A stretch of DNA of 64,000 nucleotides from Dehalococcoidia bacterium (lineage in GTDB: Bacteria; Chloroflexota; Dehalococcoidia; Lucifugimonadales; UBA3495): contig OY763410.1 in NCBI GenBank assembly GCA_963667415.1, positions 779,209 through 843,208 of the forward strand, given 5' to 3'. The position numbers and the translations under genes were made by a program. Numbering within the stretch: the stretch's first letter is position 1; each line of letters begins with the position of its first letter. Shown piece by piece: positions 29,319 through 38,775 of this stretch. The notes below the pieces were generated by a model that ran no database searches, was not told the origin of the DNA, and saw nothing but the letters and a program-made list of their open reading frames with translations.

Positions 29319-30534
29319 ATGTTATGGTTGCACCACGTCCAGATTCGCCCGGCCCGGACTCCAACCACCCTCCCATCCGCTCTGCATCCATACGCATTTT
29401 TCTGAACCCCTGGCCACGGAGACAATAGTCTCCCGGCAGCCCTATTCCGTTGTCATTTACAGATAGGCGAATCGTCGTATCGTCGAAGGACAGCTCGATA
29501 GAAATCTTGTCCGCGTTGGAGTGTCTGTGAGCGTTGCTCAAGGCATTGTGGGCAACGGACAGGAGAAGCCGCCGTGTGAGTACGGAGAGAGGCGGTTCCT
29601 CTCCAACTTGAACCACTTCCGTGGGAATCGATGTGATAGTGCTGGAAGTCGATGCGTGGGAACGCAACACGCGCCCAAGTTCCCGTCCCTCAAAGATGGG
29701 ACCAACATTTATCGGATGCCTCAAGTCCCACATGGTCGATCTCGACAGTGCGAGAGTAGCTTCCAGCTTTTCGATCAATTCGTCCTTGCCCTCGTCGTTC
29801 AGTCCGTCGGCCAGCTCTACAGCCGTCTCAAGACCGAGTCCGATCAGGTATGCAGATTGGGCAATGGTGTTGTGGATGGTCTGTGAAAGCTCGATTCGCT
29901 CTTGTTGAAGCTCCTCTCCTTTCTCCACGGCTTGTCTCCTCCTGACACGGTCGAACCATGACCTGTTGCGTTCGAACGCGGATACGAGGCTGACAGCGAA
30001 TACAACCACGTACATCGCCAGTATGCTGAGCAGGAGAAGCGGCTCCGGATGAAGTTCAAGGGCACCTTTTGGTCCAGTTGACAGGCTCAAAGTCGCATGT
30101 ACTGCCGCGACCACGGTCGTGGCCGCGAGGGTAACTCTGAACGAAGAGCACACTGCGGCAAACATGGCAAGGGCCGGGTAGTACAGAACGAAGAACACGC
30201 CTATGGAGCCGATGGCGATTGTCAGGCCGCCTGTTAGCAATGCCAGGTCCATTGCGCTGAGAGCCAGGGCCCAACGCCAGGTCACCCCGCGCTTGGTCTC
30301 GACACGGTAAAGGACCAGAGTGTTGACCGCCAGCAGAAGAGCGCCCGAGAGAACGTGCGACAAATATGCCGGTTGGGCCAATCCGACATGGTGATGAAGC
30401 TGGGCCATCCAAGCGATTACGACGAACCACCTGAGCCACAGGGAAAACCTCAGCCCCAAATTCATCAACAGAGCCATTGCCCGGACCCTCGCCTTGGGGC
30501 GCGGTGCGCCTGCGTTGCGTGTCGTCGTATTCAA
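29281..30534 (-). CDS. Membrane sensor histidine kinase (HisKA_3/NarX type)
   Basis: About six N-terminal TM helices, an H-box (LSQTIHNTIAQSAY) and a HATPase_c region (NALSNAHRHS...NDNGIGLP...GQGFRKM). Confidence 0.8.
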   Translation of the reverse strand: MNTTTRNAGAPRPKARVRAMALLMNLGLRFSLWLRWFVVIAWMAQLHHHVGLAQPAYLSHVLSGALLLAVNTLVLYRVETKRGVTWRWALALSAMDLALLTGGLTIAIGSIGVFFVLYYPALAMFAAVCSSFRVTLAATTVVAAVHATLSLSTGPKGALELHPEPLLLLSILAMYVVVFAVSLVSAFERNRSWFDRVRRRQAVEKGEELQQERIELSQTIHNTIAQSAYLIGLGLETAVELADGLNDEGKDELIEKLEATLALSRSTMWDLRHPINVGPIFEGRELGRVLRSHASTSSTITSIPTEVVQVGEEPPLSVLTRRLLLSVAHNALSNAHRHSNADKISIELSFDDTTIRLSVNDNGIGLPGDYCLRGQGFRKMRMDAERMGGWLESGPGESGRGATITCVVPLGSDKGGP

Positions 30535-31018
30535 CCCTTGCCCTCAATTCTCAAAGTATATGCAACGCAAAACGAGGGATAGGTTCCAGTGAATCCCAAG
30601 GACCATGTACGAATGAATCCCGTCGACAGGGTGCAAAAGAACCTTACGGCGGCGGATGGTGAGAGGCAATATTTCGCGGAAATCTGAGGCTGCTATAGTA
30701 AACTGGCTGCTGGGACGAATTGGACGCCAACGTGGCATAAACCAGCAACGTCCACCCCCCTCTCAACGATGACCGGAACTACTACTGGATAGTTGCATGT
30801 AAGCGAGGATGGTGCCCGGACATCGATTCGGAAGGCCTGGTCAGGTGCCGCCCCAGAGATCCCCTGCCGACGTCCGAAATGCCATGCGGAGTGATAGCGA
30901 GGAATCCGAGAATATCGGGGCGAGGTTGGTGTTGGTCAACATTACGAGGAAAGAGGTACAACCACAGATGACAACATGTCGGCCTGGACTGCAGTAGCTT
31001 AGAGTTCTGGGAGGTACG

Positions 31019-31207
31019 ATGAAAAATAAGACTGTGGCTATACTCTTGGCATGGCTGTTCTGGCCTGCATTTGACTTCTACCTTGGCAGACCAGGGCGTG
31101 GCATTGCCAAATTGCTGACTTTGGGAGGACTGGGGATCTGGGCGTTGGTTGACGCCATCAAGATCACCATCATGTCTGACGCTAATTTTGACGGCCAATT
31201 CAACTGA
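31019..31207 (+). CDS. TM2-domain small membrane protein
   Basis: 62 aa, two TM helices with a FDFYLGRPGRGIAKLL motif typical of TM2 domains. Confidence 0.6.
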   Translation: MKNKTVAILLAWLFWPAFDFYLGRPGRGIAKLLTLGGLGIWALVDAIKITIMSDANFDGQFN

Positions 31208-31547
31208 AGGTGAAGTGTTCAATCACCCACTCTGTGAATCCCGGGCCAGTCAGATTGCGAGTCTTGTAGGATGTCACCCTCTGTCGAAGTCCAGCGAAAA
31301 TGTCCATGCCGGTTTCCTTACCGCCTTGGGCCGTTGGATCCCGGTTGCGCCCTTTTCTTTCCTAGCGACGGGCTATCCGCAAGAGCGTAGCAGCTCGCCT
31401 TGTTTCGTCGGATGTCCCGGCTCGCCGCGCCAACTCCTCAGGACACCGCCACTTCAGCGTTCGAGACAAGGGTCAGAGGGTTGAGATAAGCGTAGAGGAG
31501 TTCGAGCCTCGCCAGCTCTTAGATATAAACGGGTGGAACTGGGGTGG

Positions 31548-32759
31548 CTAAGAATCCTCTGAACAAGGCCGTTGTGGCTTGAGTTTCGCTTGACGGAGCT
31601 ACGAAGGGGATGAGAATTGCGGCCTGAGGCTTGCCAGCTGGCTTTCGGCTCCTCCGATTTCGTCCCCGACTGGGCTGTTGGAGGCTTGATGGGGTCTCGA
31701 GACCGGCGTTGTCCCGCAGCAATTGCGCACTACGCCGCCAGTTGGCCCTCCGCCGCCAGCAGATTGCCCAGCCCGAGCAGCAATGCCAGCCGCTCCACGT
31801 TCTTCGCCAGTCCCCGGTAGCGAACCTTGCCGTAACCGAATGTCCGCTTCAGTTTCAGGAAGGGATGCTCCACCTTGTCCCTCACTGACGCCTTGTCCTT
31901 CTCCTCCAGCGCCTCTTGGCTCCCAGGCTCCAGCCTCCGCCGCCTCCCCGGACGCATCGCCACCCGCCATTCCAGATCCAGCCCCAGGTTCTCCTCCCGC
32001 TTGTCGCACCCCTGATACCCAGCGTCGCCCCACACCACCCTCTCGCCTCCGTGCAACAGTTTGTGGGCCTCGGTGATGTCATGGGCGTTGGCCGCCGTGG
32101 CCGTCATGCTATGCACTACGCCCGTACCTGAGTCCACCCCAATATGCGCCTTCATCCCGAAGCACCACTGGTTCCCCTTCTTGGTCTGATGCATCTCCGG
32201 GTCGCGCTCCCCGGAACGGTTCTTGGTGGAGGACGGCGCCTCGATGATCGTGGCATCCACGATGGTTCCCTCCCTGAGCCTCAGTCCCTGGGACTCCAGG
32301 TGGGCGTTGATCTCAGCCAAGAGGCCCTGCCCCAGTTGGTGCCTCTCCAGGAGATGCCGGAAATTCAGGATGGTGGTCTCGTCGGGCAGGGGACCCGAGA
32401 GCTTCAGCCCTGTGAACCGCCGCGCCGGGTCCGACTCATAGAGCAAATCCTCCATGCCTGGGTCGCTGAGATTGTAGAAGAGCTGGACGCAGTGGACTCT
32501 CAGCATGACGGACAGCGGGTAAGGATGTCTTCCCCTTCCGGCTTTGGGGTAGAGGGGACGGATGCGGCCCTCCAGCAACTGCCAAGAGATCAGAGCGTCC
32601 ATTCGCTCCAAGAACAACTCCCGGCGGGTCTTGCGCTTCTTGCCCTGGTATTCGAGGTCGGCAAAGGTCAGCTGGTCCATCAATCTCATCCCCGATCAGA
32701 GTTGAGCTCCGTAGCCTAACTATGCCATCCCCCGCCCGAATTGTTCAGACGATTCCTAG
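31548..32759. mobile_element. Apparently intact IS5-family insertion sequence (~1.2 kb)
   Basis: Imperfect terminal IRs: AGAATCCTCTGAACAAGGCCG (from 31551) versus the reverse complement of 32736-32755, GGAATCGTCTGAACAATTCGG. Flanked on both sides by CTA, a possible 3-bp TNA target duplication. A single transposase ORF lies inside. Confidence 0.7.
31730..32689 (-). CDS. IS5-family DDE transposase
   Basis: 319 aa, uninterrupted. N-terminal MDQLTFADLEYQGKKRKTRRELFLERMDALI.W..L (DUF772-type). DDE_Tnp_1 core with DATIIEAP, HIGVDSGTGVVHS and GDAGYQG. Confidence 0.9.
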   Translation of the reverse strand: MRLMDQLTFADLEYQGKKRKTRRELFLERMDALISWQLLEGRIRPLYPKAGRGRHPYPLSVMLRVHCVQLFYNLSDPGMEDLLYESDPARRFTGLKLSGPLPDETTILNFRHLLERHQLGQGLLAEINAHLESQGLRLREGTIVDATIIEAPSSTKNRSGERDPEMHQTKKGNQWCFGMKAHIGVDSGTGVVHSMTATAANAHDITEAHKLLHGGERVVWGDAGYQGCDKREENLGLDLEWRVAMRPGRRRRLEPGSQEALEEKDKASVRDKVEHPFLKLKRTFGYGKVRYRGLAKNVERLALLLGLGNLLAAEGQLAA

Positions 32760-32904
32760 ATATGCCGTCAAAGCCTTTCAGGGGGTAAGACTCTTGCGCC
32801 ATGAGACTCGCTTCGAGGTTTTTCCTGACAACTGGAGCGATTCCACCGTTAGCTGGGCCATTTGCCAATCCCAAAGTCCCTCGGAGATCTCCCCGTCCCG
32901 GCGT

Positions 32905-34017
32905 TTAATCAAACCCGTACAGCCGCGCGCAGTTGTCCCACAGGAACTTGCGCTTCGCCTCCACCGACAGCGGCAACTCCAGAAACCGGTCCACCGACAG
33001 CGGATACTTCGAGTCCGCGTGCGGATAGTCCGTCGAAAACACCACGTTGTCCTCCAGCCCGTACTTCGACACTATCTCCGCCGGTTCCTCGTCGCATTCC
33101 ACCGACAGGTAGCACTGCCGCCGGAAATACGCGCTCGGCTCCATCTTCAGGTCGGGATGGTCATACGAAGCCGACATCTCCCAGTGCTCGTCCAGCCGCC
33201 ACAGCAGCCACGGCGCCCACGAACAGTTGCCCTCCAGGAACGCCACCGTCAGCTCCGGGAACCGCTCCAGCACTCCGCCGCCCACGATGTCCACCGCCGC
33301 CAGCATCATCCCCATCGGGTGCGTGCACGTGTGGTACAGCATGTGGGTGTCGAAGTTGTCTCCCGGCTGCGGCAGGTTCACCCGCCCACCCTCGTGGAAA
33401 CTCAGCGGCACACCCAGTTCCTGCACCTCGGCCCACAGCGGGTCATAGTAAGGGTCGTGCCAGTTGCGCCCCGCCACTGGGTTCGGCCTGACGAACACCG
33501 TCCTGAACCCCAACTGCTGCACCGCCCGTCGCGCCTCGGCGACCGCGCCCTCGATGTCCTGCGGCGGAATCATCGCCGCCCCGAACAGCCGGTCCGGCCC
33601 GCCGCTGCAGAAGTCGCTCAGCCAGTCGTTGTAGGCCCTCGATATGGCCGTCGCCAGCCCCGGCTCCAAGCTGCTGTCGCCCAGCGTGAACAGCCCCCGG
33701 CTCGGAAACAGCACCGCCACGTCGATGCCCTCGTTGTCCATCGCCGTGAGCTGCGAGGCACTGTCCCAACCCTGCTGCTCGGAGTCCGCGTACACGTCCT
33801 GCTGGCTAGTCATCAGTGGCGTGATGGCATTGTCGTAGCTGCGGTTCGGTAGCGGATACACGTTCTCGCCCACCCGCACGCCTAGGTCCCGCGGGTGCCT
33901 GTTAGTGCCCTGCGGAGCCCGGTCCCGGAACGCCGGGTCAATGTATCGCTCCCACAGGTCCGCCGGTTCCACGATGTGCATGTCCGAGTCCATAACCCTG
34001 AAACCGCTCTTCGCCAT
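32905..34017 (-). CDS. Amidohydrolase-2 family (ACMSD-like) metal-dependent hydrolase/decarboxylase
   Basis: I prefer the start MAKSGFRVMDSDMHIVEP at 34017 over the tracked 34173. Contains D.H..EP, FHEGG and a C-terminal FSTDYPHADS motif typical of the family. Confidence 0.8.
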   Translation of the reverse strand: MAKSGFRVMDSDMHIVEPADLWERYIDPAFRDRAPQGTNRHPRDLGVRVGENVYPLPNRSYDNAITPLMTSQQDVYADSEQQGWDSASQLTAMDNEGIDVAVLFPSRGLFTLGDSSLEPGLATAISRAYNDWLSDFCSGGPDRLFGAAMIPPQDIEGAVAEARRAVQQLGFRTVFVRPNPVAGRNWHDPYYDPLWAEVQELGVPLSFHEGGRVNLPQPGDNFDTHMLYHTCTHPMGMMLAAVDIVGGGVLERFPELTVAFLEGNCSWAPWLLWRLDEHWEMSASYDHPDLKMEPSAYFRRQCYLSVECDEEPAEIVSKYGLEDNVVFSTDYPHADSKYPLSVDRFLELPLSVEAKRKFLWDNCARLYGFD

Positions 34018-34151
34018 TCTCTCGCCTCTTGCCTCAGGCTGCCTTCTACATCTGTCCGGTGAGATGATAGCAGACCCACTGACACTCGTCCGTTTACGCC
34101 CCCCCAGACCAGGGTGATAACCTGAGTGTAGACAATTGATGCGAGTTAGAC

Positions 34152-34454
34152 ATGAACAGTGCCTCCCAGCCATCTAGAGAAGAGATCCCGACTTGGGAGA
34201 GATTCTACGATCCTGAGATTGCCTCTCGGATGAGACAGTTCGAGCAAGACAGGGTCTTTATGAACGCCCACTCTGCCGAGTGGCTGGAGCGATTCCCCGA
34301 TATGTTTGTAGCTGTATACGAGGAACGATTGGTTGCTGTTGCAGCTACGGCAGATGAGTTGGCAAAACTACTAAAAGAGAAGGGGGTTCCGCCGGGGAGG
34401 TCATACTGGCGCTTTTTGTCTACATTTCAGTCTGATTTGGTGGTGCCAGCCTGA
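34152..34454 (+). CDS. DUF5678-like small protein
   Basis: 100 aa. The core EWLERFPDMFVAVYEERLVAVAATADELAKLLKEKG follows the DUF5678 pattern (..yrgkWVAi.dg.vva.g.s..el...l...g). Lies upstream of a retropepsin-like gene. Confidence 0.5.
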   Translation: MNSASQPSREEIPTWERFYDPEIASRMRQFEQDRVFMNAHSAEWLERFPDMFVAVYEERLVAVAATADELAKLLKEKGVPPGRSYWRFLSTFQSDLVVPA

Positions 34455-34465
34455 GGTGGCAATTT

Positions 34466-34951
34466 TTGGCTACTACGAAAATTCTTGGCTACTACGAATA
34501 TGACCACGTCAGGGTACCTACACCAAGGGTACGTGGGTATGTGAATTTCACTGGACTGGGCGTCTAGGGACCGGTTGATTTCTTGGTGGAATCGGGGGCC
34601 GACAGCGTTATTCTCCACGTAAACGACGCAAGAAACCTTGGAATCTCTCAGTTGATGCTGCGACACCACACCGCACGGAAGACAGTCGGCGTTGGTGGCT
34701 TACAGCGGTATTTCTCTGAACAAGGATCGATTTCCTTAGAGGATGGCCATGGATCATACATTAGGTGTTACCTGGACAGTTGCATAGCGGGCCCCGAAAG
34801 CTCTGCAACTCCTGAAACCGTCCCCTCCCTCCTCGGCCGCGACTTCCTCAACCTCTGCGACGTCCGCCTGAACTACTCGCGGGACCTCGTCGCCCTCAAC
34901 CCCCTCAACGTGGACAGCGGCTTTATCCAGCCATCGCATCAGCCCGCCTAG
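34466..34951 (+). pseudogene. Retropepsin-like (clan AA) aspartyl protease homologue, interrupted by an in-frame TAG and with Glu in place of the catalytic Asp
   Basis: One frame reads ...VRVPTPRVRGYVNFTGLGV*GPVDFLVESGADSVILH...VPSLLGRDFLNLCDVRLNYSRDLVAL. TAG lies at 34565-34567. The expected D(T/S)GA is ESGA. The start is uncertain. Confidence 0.5.
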
Positions 34952-35010
34952 AAAAAGCCACGGCGCTCGTCGCTACCGGAGCCCACGTTACTCCGCGCTG
35001 TTCGCCTAGC

Positions 35011-35991
35011 CTACCCCTCCCCAACGTCCACGATCACGTTCCCGATGGCGTTGCCCTCCACCGCACGGTGCGCCTGCATCACCTGCTCCAGCGGGAAGTG
35101 CGGCCCCACCAGGTGTATCAACGCACCCGCCTCCAGCCACGCCGTAATGTCCGCGATGGCCGCTTCCTTCGCCGGCTCCGGCATGTCGTACACCAGCACG
35201 TTGCGCACCACCGTGTTGCTCCGCCGAAACTGCAGTGGCACTGCCGGCTGCTGCCCGGTGCCTGCGGCATATATCGCGACCACGCCCGACGATTTCAGCA
35301 CCGCGCTGGTAACCGGGAAGTTGGCCGCAAAGTCCACCTCCACGATGTGGTCCACGCCCTCGCCGCCGGTGATGTCCATCACGCGCTCGACCACATCCTC
35401 GGTGCGATAGTTGATGGTGTGCTCCGCCCCGGCCTCCTTGGCGATGCCCGCCTTGTGGTCCGAGCTGATGGTGCTGATAACCGTCGCCCCCGCCAGTGTC
35501 GCCTCCTGCACCGCGTAGTGCCCCACAGCGCCCGCGCCTCCTGGCACCAGCACCACCTTGCCGCTCAGAGGACCGTCGGCGAACAGGCATCGGTGCGCCG
35601 TCATCGCCGGCACTCCCAGGCACGCCCCCTGCTCGAAGCTGACCGAATCCGGCATCCGCACCACGTGCCCTGAAGGCTGCACCGTGTACTCAGCCGCCGA
35701 CCCGAACGGACGCCCAAACTGCGACTCGAACAGCCACACCCGCTCGCCCACCCGCGACTCCGGCACCCCCGGCCCGACGCGGTCGATCACGCCCGCCCCG
35801 TCCTGGTGCGGTATGACTTTGGGAAAGCCGATGCGCGCCGTCAATCCCGCCCTACGCTTCCAGTCCGACGGATTGACCCCCGACGACACCATCCTGACTC
35901 GCACTTCGCCCGGCCCCGGTTCCGGTTCCGGCATCTCCCCGTACTCCATGATTTCGGCTGGCCCGTTCTGTTCATACCAGACAGCTTTCAT
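35011..35991 (-). CDS. Zinc-type alcohol dehydrogenase-like NADPH:quinone oxidoreductase (MDR superfamily)
   Basis: 326 aa. N-terminal GroES-like region (GEVRVRMVSSGVNPSDWKRRAG) and a Rossmann motif (VLVPGGAGAVGHYAVQ). Confidence 0.85.
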   Translation of the reverse strand: MKAVWYEQNGPAEIMEYGEMPEPEPGPGEVRVRMVSSGVNPSDWKRRAGLTARIGFPKVIPHQDGAGVIDRVGPGVPESRVGERVWLFESQFGRPFGSAAEYTVQPSGHVVRMPDSVSFEQGACLGVPAMTAHRCLFADGPLSGKVVLVPGGAGAVGHYAVQEATLAGATVISTISSDHKAGIAKEAGAEHTINYRTEDVVERVMDITGGEGVDHIVEVDFAANFPVTSAVLKSSGVVAIYAAGTGQQPAVPLQFRRSNTVVRNVLVYDMPEPAKEAAIADITAWLEAGALIHLVGPHFPLEQVMQAHRAVEGNAIGNVIVDVGEG

Positions 35992-36114
35992 CGTCAGAAC
36001 CTGCCCTCATTTTCAGCAATAGAATCCCGGGTTGGCGGGTGGTTCGCCATTGAAGTAGGGGCGCACATTTTGTGCGCCCCGTTGAATCACCTGACTATGG
36101 CAATGGATGCTTGG

Positions 36115-37293
36115 TTATCCGGCGCGGCCGGCGTAGTCCGCCTTGGCCCGGTCGATCGCGGCGGCTCTTCCTGCCTTGAGGGAATCGCGCCGCTCGAAGG
36201 CCCACCGGTTCGAATCGGCCGTGCTGGCGGTGGTGCCCTGGAAGGCCGGCATCACGTAGCGCGCCATCAGCTCGTAGCTGTGCAGAACGTCTTCCCGCTT
36301 GGCCCAGTCGATGGCCTGCACCATGAAGCCGCCGAACCCGCCGCTGCGCTCCTCCAGCTTCTTGATGCCCTTGATGCAATCGTCCGGAGTCCCGATGATC
36401 CAGGCCCCGTTCTTGTCCATCACCTCAATGATGTCTTCCATCGGCCCGTCGACGATGGCGTCCCGGCCCATGGTGTGCTCGAAGTACTCCCGTTGGTAGC
36501 GTCCCGCACCCACGCGAGCCTGCTCCATCGCTTCCTCTTTCGTCTCCGCCAGGTGCACCGGAAGCACCAGCCGCCAGTCGTCGCGGTTCACCGTCTGCCC
36601 GTGTTCGGCCGCCGAGGTCTCGGCGATCTCCCACAGCGACTTCAGGTCGGAGTCCGGCGCACCCGGGTCCCGCGGCACCGTGATTGTCAGCACCGCCGCT
36701 CCGTACTTGCCGGCCAGCGCCACGCCCGAAGGCGACTGCACCGACGCCACGGCGATGGGCATATGCGGCTTGGTGTAGGGGCGGAGCTGCAGCATCGCCT
36801 CTCGCAGCGTGAACCAGTCGCTCTCGTAGCTGATGGGCTCGGTCTCGGTCATCAGCCGCAGCACCATGCCCAGACCCTCGTCCATCTGCCGTCGCTGTAT
36901 CGTCGGATCGATGCCCAGCATGTAGGCGTCGCCCGGCAGCGCACCCGGCCCCACGCCCAGCATCACCCGCCCGTGGCTCATGTGGTCCAGCTGCACCATC
37001 CGGTTCGCCACGTTGAACGGGTGGTGATAGGGGATGCTGATGACGCCCGTGCCCAGCTTAATGTGCTTCGTCCGGTCCGCCGCCACCGCGATGAATATCT
37101 CCGGCGACGAGATGGTCTCCCACCCTGCGCTGTGGTGCTCGCCGATCCAGGCCTCGTCGAAGCCCAGGTGGTCCAGCCACTGCACCAGTTCCAGGTCCCG
37201 GTCCAACGCCAGCGTGGGATTCTCCCCCACCCGGTGGAAGGGCCCCATGAAAATTCCGAATTTCATACGTTCAGGCAAAGGCATAACGCTCAA
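36115..37293 (-). CDS. LLM-class (luciferase-like) flavin-dependent oxidoreductase
   Basis: 392 aa. MKFGIFMGPFH...LGFDEAWIGEHHS signature and TIM-barrel length. Confidence 0.85.
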   Translation of the reverse strand: MSVMPLPERMKFGIFMGPFHRVGENPTLALDRDLELVQWLDHLGFDEAWIGEHHSAGWETISSPEIFIAVAADRTKHIKLGTGVISIPYHHPFNVANRMVQLDHMSHGRVMLGVGPGALPGDAYMLGIDPTIQRRQMDEGLGMVLRLMTETEPISYESDWFTLREAMLQLRPYTKPHMPIAVASVQSPSGVALAGKYGAAVLTITVPRDPGAPDSDLKSLWEIAETSAAEHGQTVNRDDWRLVLPVHLAETKEEAMEQARVGAGRYQREYFEHTMGRDAIVDGPMEDIIEVMDKNGAWIIGTPDDCIKGIKKLEERSGGFGGFMVQAIDWAKREDVLHSYELMARYVMPAFQGTTASTADSNRWAFERRDSLKAGRAAAIDRAKADYAGRAG

Positions 37294-37371
37294 CTCTCCT
37301 ATCTACACAGTCCACGTTGCCGCAATTATAGCCTCAAAGCCCAACCCTGCCAACGAACACCCGCATCACGC

Positions 37372-37530
37372 ACCCGCAATGAACGTATATCGGAGTTATG
37401 CATAAATTACGGACCGGGTTATCGAGTCTACTTCTGGCAGCAGAGAGAATTTATATTTGTATTGCTTGCCAGGGGTGATAAGGATTCCCTACAACGAGAT
37501 ATGCAAACGGCTATTCAGTTATCCCTTAGA
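37372..37530 (+). pseudogene. Fragment of a RelE/ParE-superfamily 'addiction module killer' toxin
   Basis: ISELCINYGPGYRVYFWQQREFIFVLLARGDKDSLQRDMQTAIQL matches the C-terminal two-thirds of that toxin family (ElRi.yGPGYRvYf....g..ivlLl.GGdKssQ..DI..A). No N-terminus and no antitoxin gene. Confidence 0.5.
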
Positions 37531-37602
37531 TCTCCGATCGTCCGGCCCTCGTGTCCTGAACAAGCCATACGGAGACGCTATCTGGCCCGTTAAGGTTGAC
37601 GC

Positions 37603-38330
37603 ATGCCTTCCTCAATTAAATGGACCGACGAGAGCTGAAACCCGGTTACTGGCTGTACACGTGTATCGCCGGGCTGCGACCACTGCTACATGTTTGCTCT
37701 TTACCCACGCCTGAGAGGGATGGGCGTCCCGGGGTACGAGACCAGCCCGGATAATGTTCGTCTGCTCTCCGAACGGCTCCAGACTCCGCTGTCATGGAAG
37801 AAGCCTCGTTTCGTCTTCGTGAACAGCATGGCCGACGTGTTCCATCCCGAGGTGCCCTTCGACTACATCCTCCAGATGTTCTCAGTGATGGCAGAGGCCT
37901 CAGCACAGCGTGGGCATGTGTTTCAGGTCCTGACCAAGCGGCCTGGCAGAGCGGTCACTTGGTGGGAGCAAAACCAACAAAGCTTTCCGGAGGGGTGGCC
38001 TCCGATGGTATGGATTGGCACATCGGTGGAGAGCCAAAAGTACGCTCCGCGGCTCACGGTGCTGGAGCGGATTCCAGCATCGGTCCGCTTCGTATCTGCG
38101 GAGCCACTACTCGAACGAATTAATCTCCGGCCTTGGCTGGAGAGGGGTGCGCTGAACTGGGTCATCGCAGGTGGCGAGAGCGGGCCGGGCGCCCGGCCAA
38201 TGGTCCTGACTGGGTGCGGGACCTGCGTGACCAATCCGTCGACTCCGGTGTCACTTTCTTCCTGAAGCAACTGGGAGGCGTCAGGAACAAACGCGGCGGA
38301 GCAGAGGCACTTATCGACGACGTGCTGGAC
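37603..38330 (+). pseudogene. DUF5131 (phage Gp37/Gp68-like) family gene with nonsense and frameshift mutations
   Basis: [28 protein letters not shown]: the TGA at 37636-37638 sits where the family has a conserved Trp (TWNPVTGC). A frameshift near 38190-38215 splits GGESGPGARPM from PDWVRDLRDQSVDSGVTFFLKQLGG. Confidence 0.7.
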
Positions 38331-38399
38331 ACTAGCGACGGGCTGGACCTCTGTCACCAATTGATGGAGGGGCAGCCGAGGCCGGAAAGCCCATGGCCT

Positions 38400-38775
38400 G
38401 GGAGGCATCCCGTTTTTCTGGTACTTCTATGTGGAGGAGACCGAGGAGCAGGCCCGTCGGGACGCAAAGCCCGCGCTGGACTGGACGCTGGACGTGAACC
38501 AGTGGCGGCGAACGTGCCAGCGCGGTAGCGAGGCGTACGACAACTTCGGGGACTTCAAGCGGTCGCGGACGGAGTTTCCGCCGTCGTTCGAGTACCTGTT
38601 CGAGCACCGGGCAATCATTGGGACCCCGGAGCAGATTGTCGCCAAGATTCGCGCCCTGCGGGACGAAGGAATCGGGTACTGCGGATGCAATTTTTCATTC
38701 GGCGGGATGAAGCAGGACAAGATGCTCAAGTCGATGGAACTGTTCGCCAACGAGGTGATGCCAGAGTTCGCGTAA
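38400..38775 (+). pseudogene. C-terminal fragment of an LLM-class flavin-dependent oxidoreductase
   Basis: ...FEHRAIIGTPEQIVAKIRALRDEGIGYCGCNFSFGGMKQDKMLKSMELFANEVMPEFA is a typical LLM C-terminus. No N-terminal barrel upstream. Confidence 0.6.

Noticed and set aside
31470-31530. tRNA-like T-arm motif (GGAGTTCGAGCCTCGCC) just left of the IS5 insertion. Possible tRNA fragment or att site.
   Set aside because: I could not build an acceptor stem, an anticodon arm or a properly paired T-stem. Likely chance resemblance.
32722-33852. 376-aa plus-strand ORF (and 32862-33491) opposite the amidohydrolase gene.
   Set aside because: Entirely antisense to a well-supported amidohydrolase CDS. The composition is dominated by R/P/H/Q runs. 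A shadow ORF.
35806-37593. 595-aa plus-strand ORF spanning the LLM oxidoreductase locus.
   Set aside because: Antisense to the LLM gene for most of its length. Only its last ~50 codons (37372-37530) carry real signal, the RelE/ParE-type toxin fragment, which is reported separately.
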